Assembly (NCBI GenBank): GCA_047639455.1
Contig: JBLINS010000002.1
Coordinates: 226 to 64,225 of the forward strand
Length of the DNA: 64,000 nt
Direction of reading: 5' to 3'
From: Candidatus Omnitrophota bacterium
GTDB taxonomy: Bacteria; Omnitrophota; Gorgyraeia; 2-02-FULL-51-18; JAGOUK01
Made by a program: the position numbers and the translations under genes. Position 1 is the stretch's first letter. Each line of letters opens with the position of its first letter. Of the stretch, positions 28,855-39,700 are shown piece after piece. A model generated the notes under the pieces. That model had not been told where the DNA came from. It ran no database searches and worked only from the letters and a program-made list of their open reading frames with translations.

Positions 28855-30073
28855 AGTTTGGCCCACTATTATTATTGGTGCAGGGGCCGCTGGTTTAATG
28901 ACCGCAATACAGCTCGGACGTTGTAAAAAAGATGTATTATTATTGGACAGCCGCAAACGAATTGGCGCCAAAATCCTTATGTCGGGTGGCACAAGATGCA
29001 ATTTAACTAATCGCCGCGTGACACATTTAGACTATGCGACCGAAAATCCATCTATATTAAGATCCATTCTAAAGCAATTCTCATCTAAAGAAGCCATTGA
29101 TTTCTTTGCTGATATTGGCGTTGATGTTGACGTAGAAGCTAGCGGCAAGTATTTTCCTAAGTCACATTCGGCCCAAACAGTATTAGATGCATTAATGGTG
29201 GAACTCGAGAATGTAGGCATTGATTTGCACACAGAAAAGCGGGTTACGCAAATAGAAAAAAAAGAGCAACTATTTTGTGTGACTGGAGAATCTTTTGAGT
29301 ACATGGCCGAGAGAATCGTTTTGGCTACTGGCGGACTTTCTTTTCCATCTACAGGCAGTGATGGCGGCGGCTTGAGTATATCCAGCGCTCTTGGACATCA
29401 AATGATTGAGACAACGCCCGCATTAGTGCCTTTACTGACAACAGACAAAATATGGAAATCCCTTTCTGGACTAACCTTGCCCGTATGTCTAACTCTTAAA
29501 ACCAAAGCTAAAAAGGCTCAATCTGTACAAGGCTCTTTTTTATTCACGCATTTTGGATTTAGCGGACCAAGTGTATTAAATATAAGTCGTTATTGGTTGC
29601 GCTTACGTGATAAACAAAACAGCACATTAACGGTTAATTTTTTACCTGAAATGAGCTATGAACGTCACGAAGAAGTGATATTAGAATTACAAAAGTCCAA
29701 ACCTACTTTAAATATGAAAAATTATTTGAAGCAATATCTGCCAGAACGACTTGCTAGCGCAGTATTAAAAAAGGCGCATATTTTGCCAAATATTTCTATG
29801 GCACATTTGAAGCGAGAGCTAAGAATTGCTTTGCTGACTCAATTACATGCAAGCCCGCTCAATATAAGCGGATCTATGGGTTATGCAAAGGCGGAGGTAA
29901 CGGCCGGCGGCGTTAGTTTGAATGAAGTATCACGTAAGTCATTGGAATCAAACAGGTTAAAAGGACTTTATTTTTGCGGAGAAATTCTTGATGTCGATGG
30001 ACATATCGGTGGATTTAATTTTCAATGGGCTTGGAGCAGTGCTACGGTAGTCGCTAAAGCACTTTGTGCGTGA
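28844..30073 (+). CDS. HI0933/BaiN-like flavoprotein
   Basis: IIGAGAAG, KILMSGGTRCNLTN, LATGG.SFP.TGSDG, VTAGGV, GEILDVDG.IGGFNFQWA. Confidence 0.93.
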   Translation: MQAKVWPTIIIGAGAAGLMTAIQLGRCKKDVLLLDSRKRIGAKILMSGGTRCNLTNRRVTHLDYATENPSILRSILKQFSSKEAIDFFADIGVDVDVEASGKYFPKSHSAQTVLDALMVELENVGIDLHTEKRVTQIEKKEQLFCVTGESFEYMAERIVLATGGLSFPSTGSDGGGLSISSALGHQMIETTPALVPLLTTDKIWKSLSGLTLPVCLTLKTKAKKAQSVQGSFLFTHFGFSGPSVLNISRYWLRLRDKQNSTLTVNFLPEMSYERHEEVILELQKSKPTLNMKNYLKQYLPERLASAVLKKAHILPNISMAHLKRELRIALLTQLHASPLNISGSMGYAKAEVTAGGVSLNEVSRKSLESNRLKGLYFCGEILDVDGHIGGFNFQWAWSSATVVAKALCA

Positions 30074-30111
30074 ATTTGGAATTTGGTCTTTATATCGTGT
30101 AAGCTTTAGGT

Positions 30112-30420
30112 ATGATGAGACAAGCGCAATTTATTGTTGGCCAAGTTATTCACCATATAGAGTTCGAGTATCGTGGTGTTATCATTGGGATTGATTCCGA
30201 ATGCAAAGCATCTGAAGAATGGTATGCTGAAAATACGGATCAGCCAAATTGTGACCAACCTTGGTACCACATCCTAGTTCACTCAGAAACACATATGACT
30301 TATGTGCCTGAAGAATACTTAAAGCAATCCGAAAGCGAAGAAGTTGTTAAGCACCCCATGCTTATGCATTTTTTCACTAGTTATGCTAACGGCCGTTACT
30401 TCAAAGAGTCTTTAAACTAA
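30112..30420 (+). CDS. hspQ: HspQ/YccV-like hemimethylated-DNA-binding domain protein
   Basis: F.VGQVIHH..F.YRGVI.GID, DQPWYHILV, TYVPEE.L. Confidence 0.8.
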   Translation: MMRQAQFIVGQVIHHIEFEYRGVIIGIDSECKASEEWYAENTDQPNCDQPWYHILVHSETHMTYVPEEYLKQSESEEVVKHPMLMHFFTSYANGRYFKESLN

Positions 30421-30426
30421 TCTCTA

Positions 30427-30466
30427 AATTCAATTTAATTCAATTTAATTCAATTTAATTCAATTC
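30427..30466. repeat. Short tandem repeat (AATTCAATTT)x4
   Basis: Three exact 10-bp units plus one near-exact unit, intergenic. Confidence 0.8.
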
Positions 30467-30521
30467 ATTTGCTTTGTAATCCCAAAACTAGGATAATTTC
30501 TTGCATAAACAGGAGGAATAT

Positions 30522-31148
30522 ATGAAGAACGTTTTAACTACATTTGCAATAGTGCTAGGTTTGATATTGGCGATACCGTCGCAAGCGAGCGCTAATCGAG
30601 TTGTCGTATCGCATTTGGATGGAGAAGCGTCTATTTTTCGAGAAGATGGACACCATGCAGCCAGCGTTGGTTTGGAATGTTTGCAAAATGACATTATTGG
30701 AGTGTCTAGTGGCGGCATGCTAGATCTATCATTTAACCAAAATGCAGGTAGCCGTTTTTTGGCAAATACTCAAGCCACTTTGAATCACGTTGATCCAGAT
30801 AATGCCCGATTAACAATTTTGCAAGGTAATGTTATTCTCAATGTCGATAAACTGAAACCCGGCCAAAGTTTCGCTATGGAGACACCAATGGCGACAGTTT
30901 GGGCGAGCGGGGCTAAGTTTTGGGGCCGCGTATTGCCGCCTAGCGCCTTAGAAAATGGCATTGTGGCAACGGTTGCTGTTCTAGAAGGTGCTGTGCGAAT
31001 ACAACCTATAGGTTCTGACCAAATGGTGGACCTTAAAGCAGGTCAGGCGGTGGACATATCGAAAAAGGGTATACCAACGATTAGACCGGCTTTACAGGCT
31101 GAGCTTGATGCTATGGCCATGGCTAACGAAATCGCCATTTCGGTATAA
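30522..31148 (+). CDS. Exported FecR-domain protein
   Basis: AGGAGG RBS before ATG 30522; signal peptide ASA; F.METPMA....GAKF, VAVLEGAV. Confidence 0.8.
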   Translation: MKNVLTTFAIVLGLILAIPSQASANRVVVSHLDGEASIFREDGHHAASVGLECLQNDIIGVSSGGMLDLSFNQNAGSRFLANTQATLNHVDPDNARLTILQGNVILNVDKLKPGQSFAMETPMATVWASGAKFWGRVLPPSALENGIVATVAVLEGAVRIQPIGSDQMVDLKAGQAVDISKKGIPTIRPALQAELDAMAMANEIAISV

Positions 31149-31917
31149 GTTAATTAAAAAATTTAGCACCACAATCCCTATAATCTTCTTCGGAGTTATT
31201 TTTTACGGCATGTTTGCCGTGCAAAATGCTTGGGCGGTCACTTACTCGTCCGCCAATGCCCCTCAATTATCTTTAGTCGAGTTATATACGTCTGAGGGGT
31301 GTAGCAGCTGCCCTCCTGCTGATAAAAAAATGTCGGACTTTACAAGAGATAAGGGATTGTGGGATAGCTTTGTTCCGATAGCCTTTCATGTTGATTATTG
31401 GGATCGCCTAGGTTGGAAAGATAAATACGCCAATAGCAGCTTTGCTGATCGACAAAGAGAATATGCTAATCTTTGGCAATCAAAATACACTTATACACCT
31501 GGGTTTGTGGTGAGTGGCCTTGAATGGGATCGATGGCGAAATCAGGCGCGGCCCAAAAAAACATCTATGAATAAGGGCGTATTGACAGCTACAGATATTG
31601 GCCCTTACGAATTCAATGTGTCTTATGACCAGCCTTTGGAGCAAGGTCATTCTTGGAAGGCGCATGCGGTACTTATGGGATTCAATTATGATTCTCCTAT
31701 ACGTGCGGGTGAAAATCGCGGTAAAAAATTAAGGCATGATTTTGTTGCCCTTGATTTAAAACACAAAATAATGCTTAAAAAAAATTCGTACTTTGAGGCA
31801 CGGTTCAAATTAAACGTACCACCAAATTTAGAGACAGATAAATACGCAGTTGTTTTTTGGATTGAGTCATCGGAATTACAAAAGCCAATTCAAGTCACGG
31901 GTGGATACTATGGTTAG
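31105..31917 (+). CDS. DUF1223 thioredoxin-like exported protein
   Basis: VELYTSEGCSSCPPAD, AFHVDYWD.LGWKD, YTP, GENRG..L.HD; true start likely downstream of 31105. Confidence 0.88.
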   Translation: MMLWPWLTKSPFRYKLIKKFSTTIPIIFFGVIFYGMFAVQNAWAVTYSSANAPQLSLVELYTSEGCSSCPPADKKMSDFTRDKGLWDSFVPIAFHVDYWDRLGWKDKYANSSFADRQREYANLWQSKYTYTPGFVVSGLEWDRWRNQARPKKTSMNKGVLTATDIGPYEFNVSYDQPLEQGHSWKAHAVLMGFNYDSPIRAGENRGKKLRHDFVALDLKHKIMLKKNSYFEARFKLNVPPNLETDKYAVVFWIESSELQKPIQVTGGYYG

Positions 31918-31937
31918 TGCGAGGTTAAAAAAATAAT

Positions 31938-32606
31938 ATGCATGTATATGCGCACCGCGGTGCACGTCTTGAAGCTACTGAAAATAGTTTAGAAGCATTT
32001 CGACTAGCTGCAGAATTAGGGGTGGATGGAATTGAGACGGATGTCCAAAGAACGGTCGATGGCGCATGGGTATTAATGCATGATGATTACGTATTAATTA
32101 ATGAAAGTTATGTATATGTACGTCAATTAACATTGAGTGAACTTAAGAAAAGCGTCGCTGCCGACGTAGTTCTTTTGGACGAATTGTTAGATGACGTTGG
32201 TCAAGGCCTGCCCATATTGCTTGATATTAAGCAAAATGATATTGCCTATGATTTGGCAAAAAAAATATTTATAGAGAATAAATTTGAGCATATTGAGATA
32301 TCTTCGTTTAGACATGAAGATATTAAATTGATAACCCAACATTACACCCAAATCAAAACATCCATCATCGTTGCGTCCATGCCATTGCGTCCAGAGATTT
32401 GTGTGCAAGCTGTTGGTGCCAAAGGCATTAGCTTGGTCCGCACGGCACTAACTCAAAGAGGTATTGATAGCTTGCAAAAAGCAAAGATAGACATCAAAAT
32501 TTATACGGTTAATGATATTAATGAAGCCCAAATGTTCAAAGATATGAATATTAATGCGGTTATTACCGACGACCCCAGACGAATTATGAACGTCTCAAAA
32601 AAGTAG
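31938..32606 (+). CDS. Glycerophosphodiester phosphodiesterase
   Basis: AHRG, ENSLEAF, IETDV, HD, ISSF, YTVN, VITDDP. Confidence 0.92.
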   Translation: MHVYAHRGARLEATENSLEAFRLAAELGVDGIETDVQRTVDGAWVLMHDDYVLINESYVYVRQLTLSELKKSVAADVVLLDELLDDVGQGLPILLDIKQNDIAYDLAKKIFIENKFEHIEISSFRHEDIKLITQHYTQIKTSIIVASMPLRPEICVQAVGAKGISLVRTALTQRGIDSLQKAKIDIKIYTVNDINEAQMFKDMNINAVITDDPRRIMNVSKK

Positions 32607-32769
32607 CATCGAGCAGGAACGCTGTTATTACTTGATATATTCAGGATCCATGTTTACAATGTGTTTATAGTTAGCAAGTCATTGTTAGCTAACTTAAATG
32701 CGAGTTAGAAATAATAAAGCAGTCGACACAATAGAAGCGGTAGAAATATTAAAAACGGAGATACTAAAT

Positions 32770-33048
32770 ATGTCAATGGGTAAAGGTGATTTAACAGAAG
32801 CAATTGCAAAAAAAGCAGAGATTTCAAAAGCTCAGGCCGCCGAAATTTTGAACATAACAATCGATACAATTCAAGGATCATTGAAAAAGGGTAAGAAAGT
32901 TTCTATTACTGGTTTTGGTACTTTTGTAGTACGCAAACGCAAAGCTCGCACTGGTCGCAATCCACAAACTGGCAAAGCCATTAAAATTGCTGCTAAAAAA
33001 GTTGCTGCTTTTAAAGCCGGAGCTACATTAAAAAGCGCAGTTAATTAA
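32770..33048 (+). CDS. hup: DNA-binding protein HU
   Basis: GFGTF..RKRKARTGRNPQTG; GGAG RBS before ATG 32770. Confidence 0.95.
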   Translation: MSMGKGDLTEAIAKKAEISKAQAAEILNITIDTIQGSLKKGKKVSITGFGTFVVRKRKARTGRNPQTGKAIKIAAKKVAAFKAGATLKSAVN

Positions 33049-33060
33049 GTTATAAATTCA

Positions 33061-33107
33061 AAAATAAAAAAACGCCGTAGAGACTCTCTACGGCGTTTTT
33101 TTTATTT
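33061..33107. terminator. Bidirectional rho-independent terminator
   Basis: aaaaaaacgccgtagag-act-ctctacggcgtttttttt. Confidence 0.9.
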
Positions 33108-33264
33108 GGTACCGCTTACTATTGAGGGGAAGTAGTCGGCGCCATGTTCATCTCACTCACGAGAAGAGTAGTTCTAACTAAGTATTAAGCCAATACCATT
33201 GAGAAAACAACATCCGTTTGATAATTGCCACTAGGTTGATCAACTGGGATGAGCTCACTCGCGC

Positions 33265-33411
33265 TTACATCACCAATGCGTCAACAACCGCAGCGCTTAT
33301 TGGTATTACTGGGCTATTTGCCCCATGATTACCCCCACCCATAGCAAAAGCCATGGCCGTGATCATTAATGCCATTGTAAGCGTGAGTCCGACAGTGAGT
33401 GAGCGTTTCAT
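33265..33411 (-). CDS. Unannotated 48-aa secreted peptide (or truncated gene)
   Basis: AGGAGG RBS; MKRSLTVGLTLTMALMITAMAFA signal peptide followed by 25 aa; converges on the HU terminator. Confidence 0.45.
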   Translation of the reverse strand: MKRSLTVGLTLTMALMITAMAFAMGGGNHGANSPVIPISAAVVDALVM

Positions 33412-33579
33412 GAATTAACCTCCTAAGGTTAAATAAATAACTTTCAAAAGATCTTATGAAAATAGTTTATCATGTTTAGTGGGCTTGTCAACATAAATAA
33501 ATTTATTTGTTAAGTTTCATATCATTCTCCCAATACATCCATGCACGCGCGCATATACTGAGGACGTTTACTAATTAAC

Positions 33580-33618
33580 GTCATTGCGAGAAGCGCGCAG
33601 CAAGCGACGTGGCAATCT
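33580..33618. repeat. Left half of a GTCATTGCGAG-type element
   Basis: gtcattgcgagaagcgcgcagcaagcgacgtggcaatct, near-identical to the left part of the 22185 element. Confidence 0.75.
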
Positions 33619-33758
33619 AGGGTTATGCTGATATCACTAAACTCAATCTAATTTACTATTACAAGTTATTCCTTGCACGACTTGCTTGAGTGTAAATCGA
33701 GCAAAAAAAACCCCCGAGACCCTTTAAAACGCCCATTCTATTGGGTATACTTCCTTAT

Positions 33759-36700
33759 ATGTTTATATATACGAATTCTATATATACAGTATCCCGAATA
33801 ATTAAATCTATTAGTCTATTAATCATCTTTTTGATGACTGTGGAACAATTATGCTTTGCTGCTCCCGTGGGCCAATTAGGGTCATCCTTGACACAATTAA
33901 TAGGGTCTCAGAACAAGCCTCAAACGCTCCTTTCTTTAGTGGATTTGGTTCAAAACCCAGTTAACATTAAGCCCACCTTTAAATACGCCCATGTTCAGAA
34001 TATTCATCAAGGTACGAATGGAAAATTAATCATTCATATTCAGGATGCGCATGCAAACTTTTCTGGTCAAATGAATTTGGCCAAAACTATAGATGACTTA
34101 ATGACCAAATATGGAATTAAATTGGTATTGGCAGAAGGTGGCGAAGGAGACGCTTCACTTTCAACTTTACGATCAAAAATGACCACAAGAGATATGGATG
34201 CAGCAGCTAATCGTCTACTTATGGATGGCATGATAGCTGGTCATGAATATTTGGATTTGACATCCAAACACAAAATGAAATTAGTCGGCATAGAAAATAA
34301 AGAATTGTATTTGAGCAATTTAAAGGCCTATAGCGAATTAACCCAAACAAGAAAAAAAATCACGGCTCACTTGCACAAAATAAAAGTGGCCATTCAACGC
34401 TTGAAGAACAAACTTTATTCCAAAGATATATTGGAGTTAGAGTCCATAGAGGAATTCAATAAACAATTTGAGGCTTTGCTCCAATTAAATGATGGGCGCA
34501 TTCAATTAAGCACATACCCACAAATGCAATTATTAAAGAATCTTAAATCAGAAGAAAAGCTAATTGACTTCGATAGACTTAATCTCGAAAGAGAAGCTCT
34601 TTTTGACCTATTGTCCGCAAAAGGTCAAAGCGAAGCTTTGAGGAAATTAGTCCAAGACATGAGGCAAGGCCAGTCTTCTCAAATCACACAGTCCTTTAAT
34701 ATGCGCAAGCTATTTGAATTAGCTCATCAGAATCAAATCCAAATGCAAAGATTCTACAATCTCCAAAAATACAATGATTATCTAAAAGAATTTGTCCAAT
34801 TGGATTTTAATCATCTGTTGGAAGAAGTCGATGAATTTCAAACCCTGCTCTACCAGAACTTATTCCAAGGAGAGAAAGACCCATCTATCTTGAGGGCAAT
34901 AGACGTGTATAAAGATCTTTTAGATAAAGCCACCCAAATTCAAATGACGTCACGAGAGTTTCAAACCTTTATGGCGAATGAAGAGAAATTCGACGAAGAA
35001 GCCTGGCAAGCCTTTTTGAACCAAAAGCTATTAGACTTAGAATATTACGACAATCTCATCCCTTTTAAAGAAGAACTCACCGAATTCAAGCAAAAACTAA
35101 AGAATTTTTACCGACTAGTGAACCAAAGGGATGAAGCCTTTATCCAAAATATAAGCAAAGTCCTAAACCAAGAAGATGAACAAGCGGCCTTCTTAGTAAC
35201 TGGAGGTTACCATACCCAAAACCTCACCAAGCTTGTGCAAGCAGAGGGCTACTCATTCATCACCCTAAGCCCCAAAGTCACTTCAGAAACAAATCACCAA
35301 CAATACGAATCTCTTCTACTCAAAGAATTGAACCAATCAATCTCTAGTGGCGCTCAAACAAAGTCACCCATGCAAGTCATAACCACAACCCTAGTCCAAA
35401 CCCTATCCCGCATGTCTCAAGTTCGCATCCCCGAATACGCTAGAAGATTCTCTAATGAAAGATTTGGTCAAGTTGCTCAAATGATTGTGGACCCACGAAG
35501 TGCTTCCAGGATGACTAATTATCCAAACAAGCATATATTTAATGATTACGCTTCTATGATTCAGTGGCTTAAGATTGAGTTGGGAATGGACGATGAGCAA
35601 ATTGGCGTTGTGATCGTAGATGGTCCTGCTGCTTCTGGAAAGAAAGCTGTAGCGAAACACTTGTCGGATAATGGTGAGGTTGCTCATTTCAAAATGGATG
35701 GTTTTGCGTCTCAAGCTATGAGAAACGCACTGGCTCTGGCATTAGGTTTCTTTATAGGCCCTCTCTTATTGGGTCGTTTTTTGGATCGATTCATATTGAG
35801 GTTTTTTCATGACCATGAGGCTATCTTAGATCTTAAGCAACAAATAGCACATGCTATAAAACAAGTGGAAGAATCGAATGCCGAATCCGTAGAGGTTTCT
35901 CCACAGTATGGATTCAAAAATCTGGATCCAGAGTCTGCTATCAAAGCAATGCAGGATTCAAAGCAAACTGTAAAGAAGAGCTCCACAATTATTGTTTCTG
36001 GTCTTAGGGGAAAAGAGCTTCTTGGGACGGGCATGCCTCAGCAGCAATCCATATTGGTCACAACCGATTGGAACACCACATACAATCGTTACCAGGATCG
36101 ACAGACACAAGGAAATTCAAAACAATTTTGGCCATGGGCTTTAATACGTCAATTCACTGCTAGTTTTAAGTGGGAAGAGTCTTTCTTTGCCCGACGTCAA
36201 AACGAATATGATTTTGTAATCGACTCAACCAACATCGACCGCCCTACCGTGATTGATCAAAGAAACCTAACGACTGACTCAACGAGAATGAGCCCTAACT
36301 CAGTACCATTTGAAGGTAGAGCGCGAATGTCGAATCCGAACAATGATTCTTTACCTTTACCAGCTGGTGTTGATGGATATATTGTTGATCCTGGTGCAGA
36401 GGGGTCAGGCCGTGACTTGCCGATAAGTAAAAGTGGAGCGCGGATGACGAGTTCTTCCACTGAGCATGTAGCTGAAGAGGTGCCCGACCCTTTGGCTACA
36501 GGCGAGGATGGCGCAAGCTTAGCGGAAAAAAAGAAAGTTACGGGCAAGCGACCTGGCAGGGTTAGGCAAGTAGGTCACGTACCACTTGAATCTAAGAATT
36601 TTAATTTGATTATGGAATTTATTAAGAGATATCGCAAGATTGATTCCGACACCATTGAATATTCTACTTATTTAAGGGGAATCAATCCTCTCTTAGAAAC

Positions 36701-39700
36701 ATTACGACAAGAACCCAGGGCTCGAAGAAAGGAAACCAGAGCTCTCTTAGCCTTAACAGAAGGTTTTATCCAAAAGAAAAGCCATATTCAACCCACGCTA
36801 GATGAAATCATGGCCGTTGCCGTAGCTTCTTTTTCTATACCTTTAAATTCGCACCTCTTGGTGATTTATGCTTTAACATTAAAAATGCTTGATATGACAG
36901 GCAAAGATTTACTGAATGCCCAACAAATCAGTCAATTTGAAAAAGAATTACACGCATTAGTAGATCTTTATTCTTCCAAACATCCTCAGGAGAAAAATAT
37001 TAACTTAGCAACAATCATCAGACAAATTCTCTCAATACAAATGAAGGATAGTAAATCAAACTTATTATCACAGTCGCAATGGCACTTCTCTTCTGCCCTC
37101 CAAAGCGAGTTAGCCAAAATTGAATTACAAGAAATGGGTCAAGCATTACGACACGACCCTTCTGAATCTATTGGGCGAATTCAAACCTCTCATCACGCTT
37201 TAAAATTGGGAGCTCAAAATAATCAAATTGCCAATGTCGTTGATTGGACTCATGGATTAATGAGTCAGGATCATCGGGTTCGCAGAATGATTCGATCTCA
37301 TGAAGCATCCGAAATTCCTGCTAAATCCTCAATACAAAATGCGCTTCAACCAACAGTTAATGCAGTTAATGATAATTTGGACACATTGATTTTATGGACT
37401 CTAGAAGCCCTTAAAAAAGATGACTCAAATAATCAAACACGTGATAAGAAAAAACCCTTAATCGCTCAAACTGGTGTATCTCGATATGGACTGTCCTGCA
37501 AATCTGGCTCCGCTTGCAATCAAGCTGCGGCTCGGTGGAATGATGAACACACCCTCGATGACATTCTCGAATCAAGGGAATTGTTAGAAGAATTTAGTAT
37601 GCATATTGGTCAAACAAATCAAAGCCACGCCTCATTTACGCTTAACTACGGTCAAATATACGAACATACATTGCAACGCTTAATATACTTAAGAGCTGCG
37701 GACTTTCCATTCGATGCCTCGGATTCCGATGCCGAAAGCATTTCTGCGAATCTGGATCAGATCAAGTCGTTATTGCCGAAAGAATATTTCAAGATTTATA
37801 AACTCATCGTTTCAGGTACTGCAAGCAATTCACTAAAGGCGATCCAATTAATGGAGGCTAGTCAGTGGCTGAACGAATCATTGTTAGCAGAACTGTATCA
37901 ATATATTTCCAGAGATTTATTAAGCAAGGTTTTTGTTCACCAAGATGAAGCTTCTATTGAGGAAATAAAAATAATTTCTAAAGACAATAATGATGGAATC
38001 ATAGTGAACGTTAATCCAAACGGTTTGGCCGAAGTCTTCATTGACAATAGACAATATTTTGATAATCCTCGGATGATCACGATACCATTGCCCGATCACG
38101 CTGGTTCACAAGTGAGACTAAGAGCTCAGCGCGATTCAAGATCATTCTTATGGCTACACGCATTTTCTGTGAGTGAGGACTTATTCTTAGGCCAATTCTT
38201 TTACGACTCGGAAAGGCGTGAAATGTTACATGAAAAAAAACACTTTAAGTCCAGAGTCCTCAAAGGTCATGAGGGAGTTCCTGATATGCCCGACTCGGTA
38301 CCCGTAACTATGCAGAAAAATGAAATGGGTAATTATTTTGCATTTAAATATGAGGACAAAACCTATAACCTTTCACGCCCCTATGAGGCTCGTTATAAAG
38401 GTATACGCGATGATGCTGATCTGCAAACAATTCATATACGAATCATCCGTCAGCAAAACAAGGACTATGTTTATGGCTTCTTAAATCCGGACGACGAATT
38501 AGCCTCGGATGCTTTTGCCAAATGGTTATGGGTACCCAGCAAGGACGGTGGCCGTCATCGATTTGAAGCTGAATACTTTTATGTTCCTGGAACTAAATTA
38601 TGGTTTTACCATTTACTCCGCAATAATATCACTACCTCTAGAATCTACCAGGCTAGGATTGATTTAGATGACAAAGGACAAGCTATTATTCACAAAGAAT
38701 TAAAATTACGCTTAGGGGATATGTTTAAAGGTGGGGGCCAGAATATGCCTTCAGAAGCCCTTATGACAAACACATTAGCTGACCCATCGCGCGTGGATAT
38801 TTATGATGCACCTGAATCTGAGGACAAAAAAGAAAGAGGCAGTTTTGATCCGCGTCAAATGAGATTCATTGCTAGTAAATATTATTCTAAACCTCGCAGC
38901 ATGTTCCAGCGGGATTGGCAAATCGTAACGCAAAGACATAATGAATTTCTATCAGACTCCAATCTCATAGTTCCTAACCCTGACCCCGTTGTGGTTAGAA
39001 TGCCCATTGGTGTTGATACTAGAGCCAAAACCGGTCACCCCAAGCATATTATTGATACACCCACAGGCAAGCCCATTACATTCGAAAAAACCGAACATGT
39101 TGATGAGCTTGTTATGATTCGCTTTAATCAATTCAAAATGAATGGAAGAATACAGCGTGGCATTGAGCTCATCGCGCTGTCAGAAGACTTTGTACCCAAG
39201 TTTTTGATAAGACGCGGTTATTATCACGCACCGGGTGATGAATTTAAATGGCAAAGCCCTCGCAGGAGAAAATCTTATACCATTGAAGAAAGATATCAAA
39301 TTGAAGAAGTCCTGATTCATACAGGTTATCTAGGATCCTTCGTTCATCATATGACAATCAAAGCGGATTATCTGACTCGCGAATTTGTTCAAATGGTGAA
39401 TAATGAATTGCAATTAGCTCAAATAGATGTAGAAAAAGTACTTGATGAATACAATCATGTCTTAACTGAATTGGACAAAATTAAGGCATTCCTACTCAAG
39501 CAAAATTGGGAATCTTCAGAAATGGATAAACACTTTGGCCGAATCAGTGATGTCATTAGCCCCGTTTATCGTCAAGCCATCGATCAAGTTCAAAGGAATC
39601 AGCAAACTTATCCCATTGGAACACGTGTCAGGTTTAGGCATCGCAAAGCGACTGTGGAGGGTTATCAATCAATAGAGGGTGGAGTAATTCTTATTACCCT

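Noticed and set aside
30427-30466. 10-bp tandem repeat as iterons or a phase-variation switch
   Set aside because: No rep gene and no evidence tying it to a promoter spacer; kept only as a repeat feature.
32698-32769. N-terminal extension on HU
   Set aside because: RBS and family length support a start at 32770.
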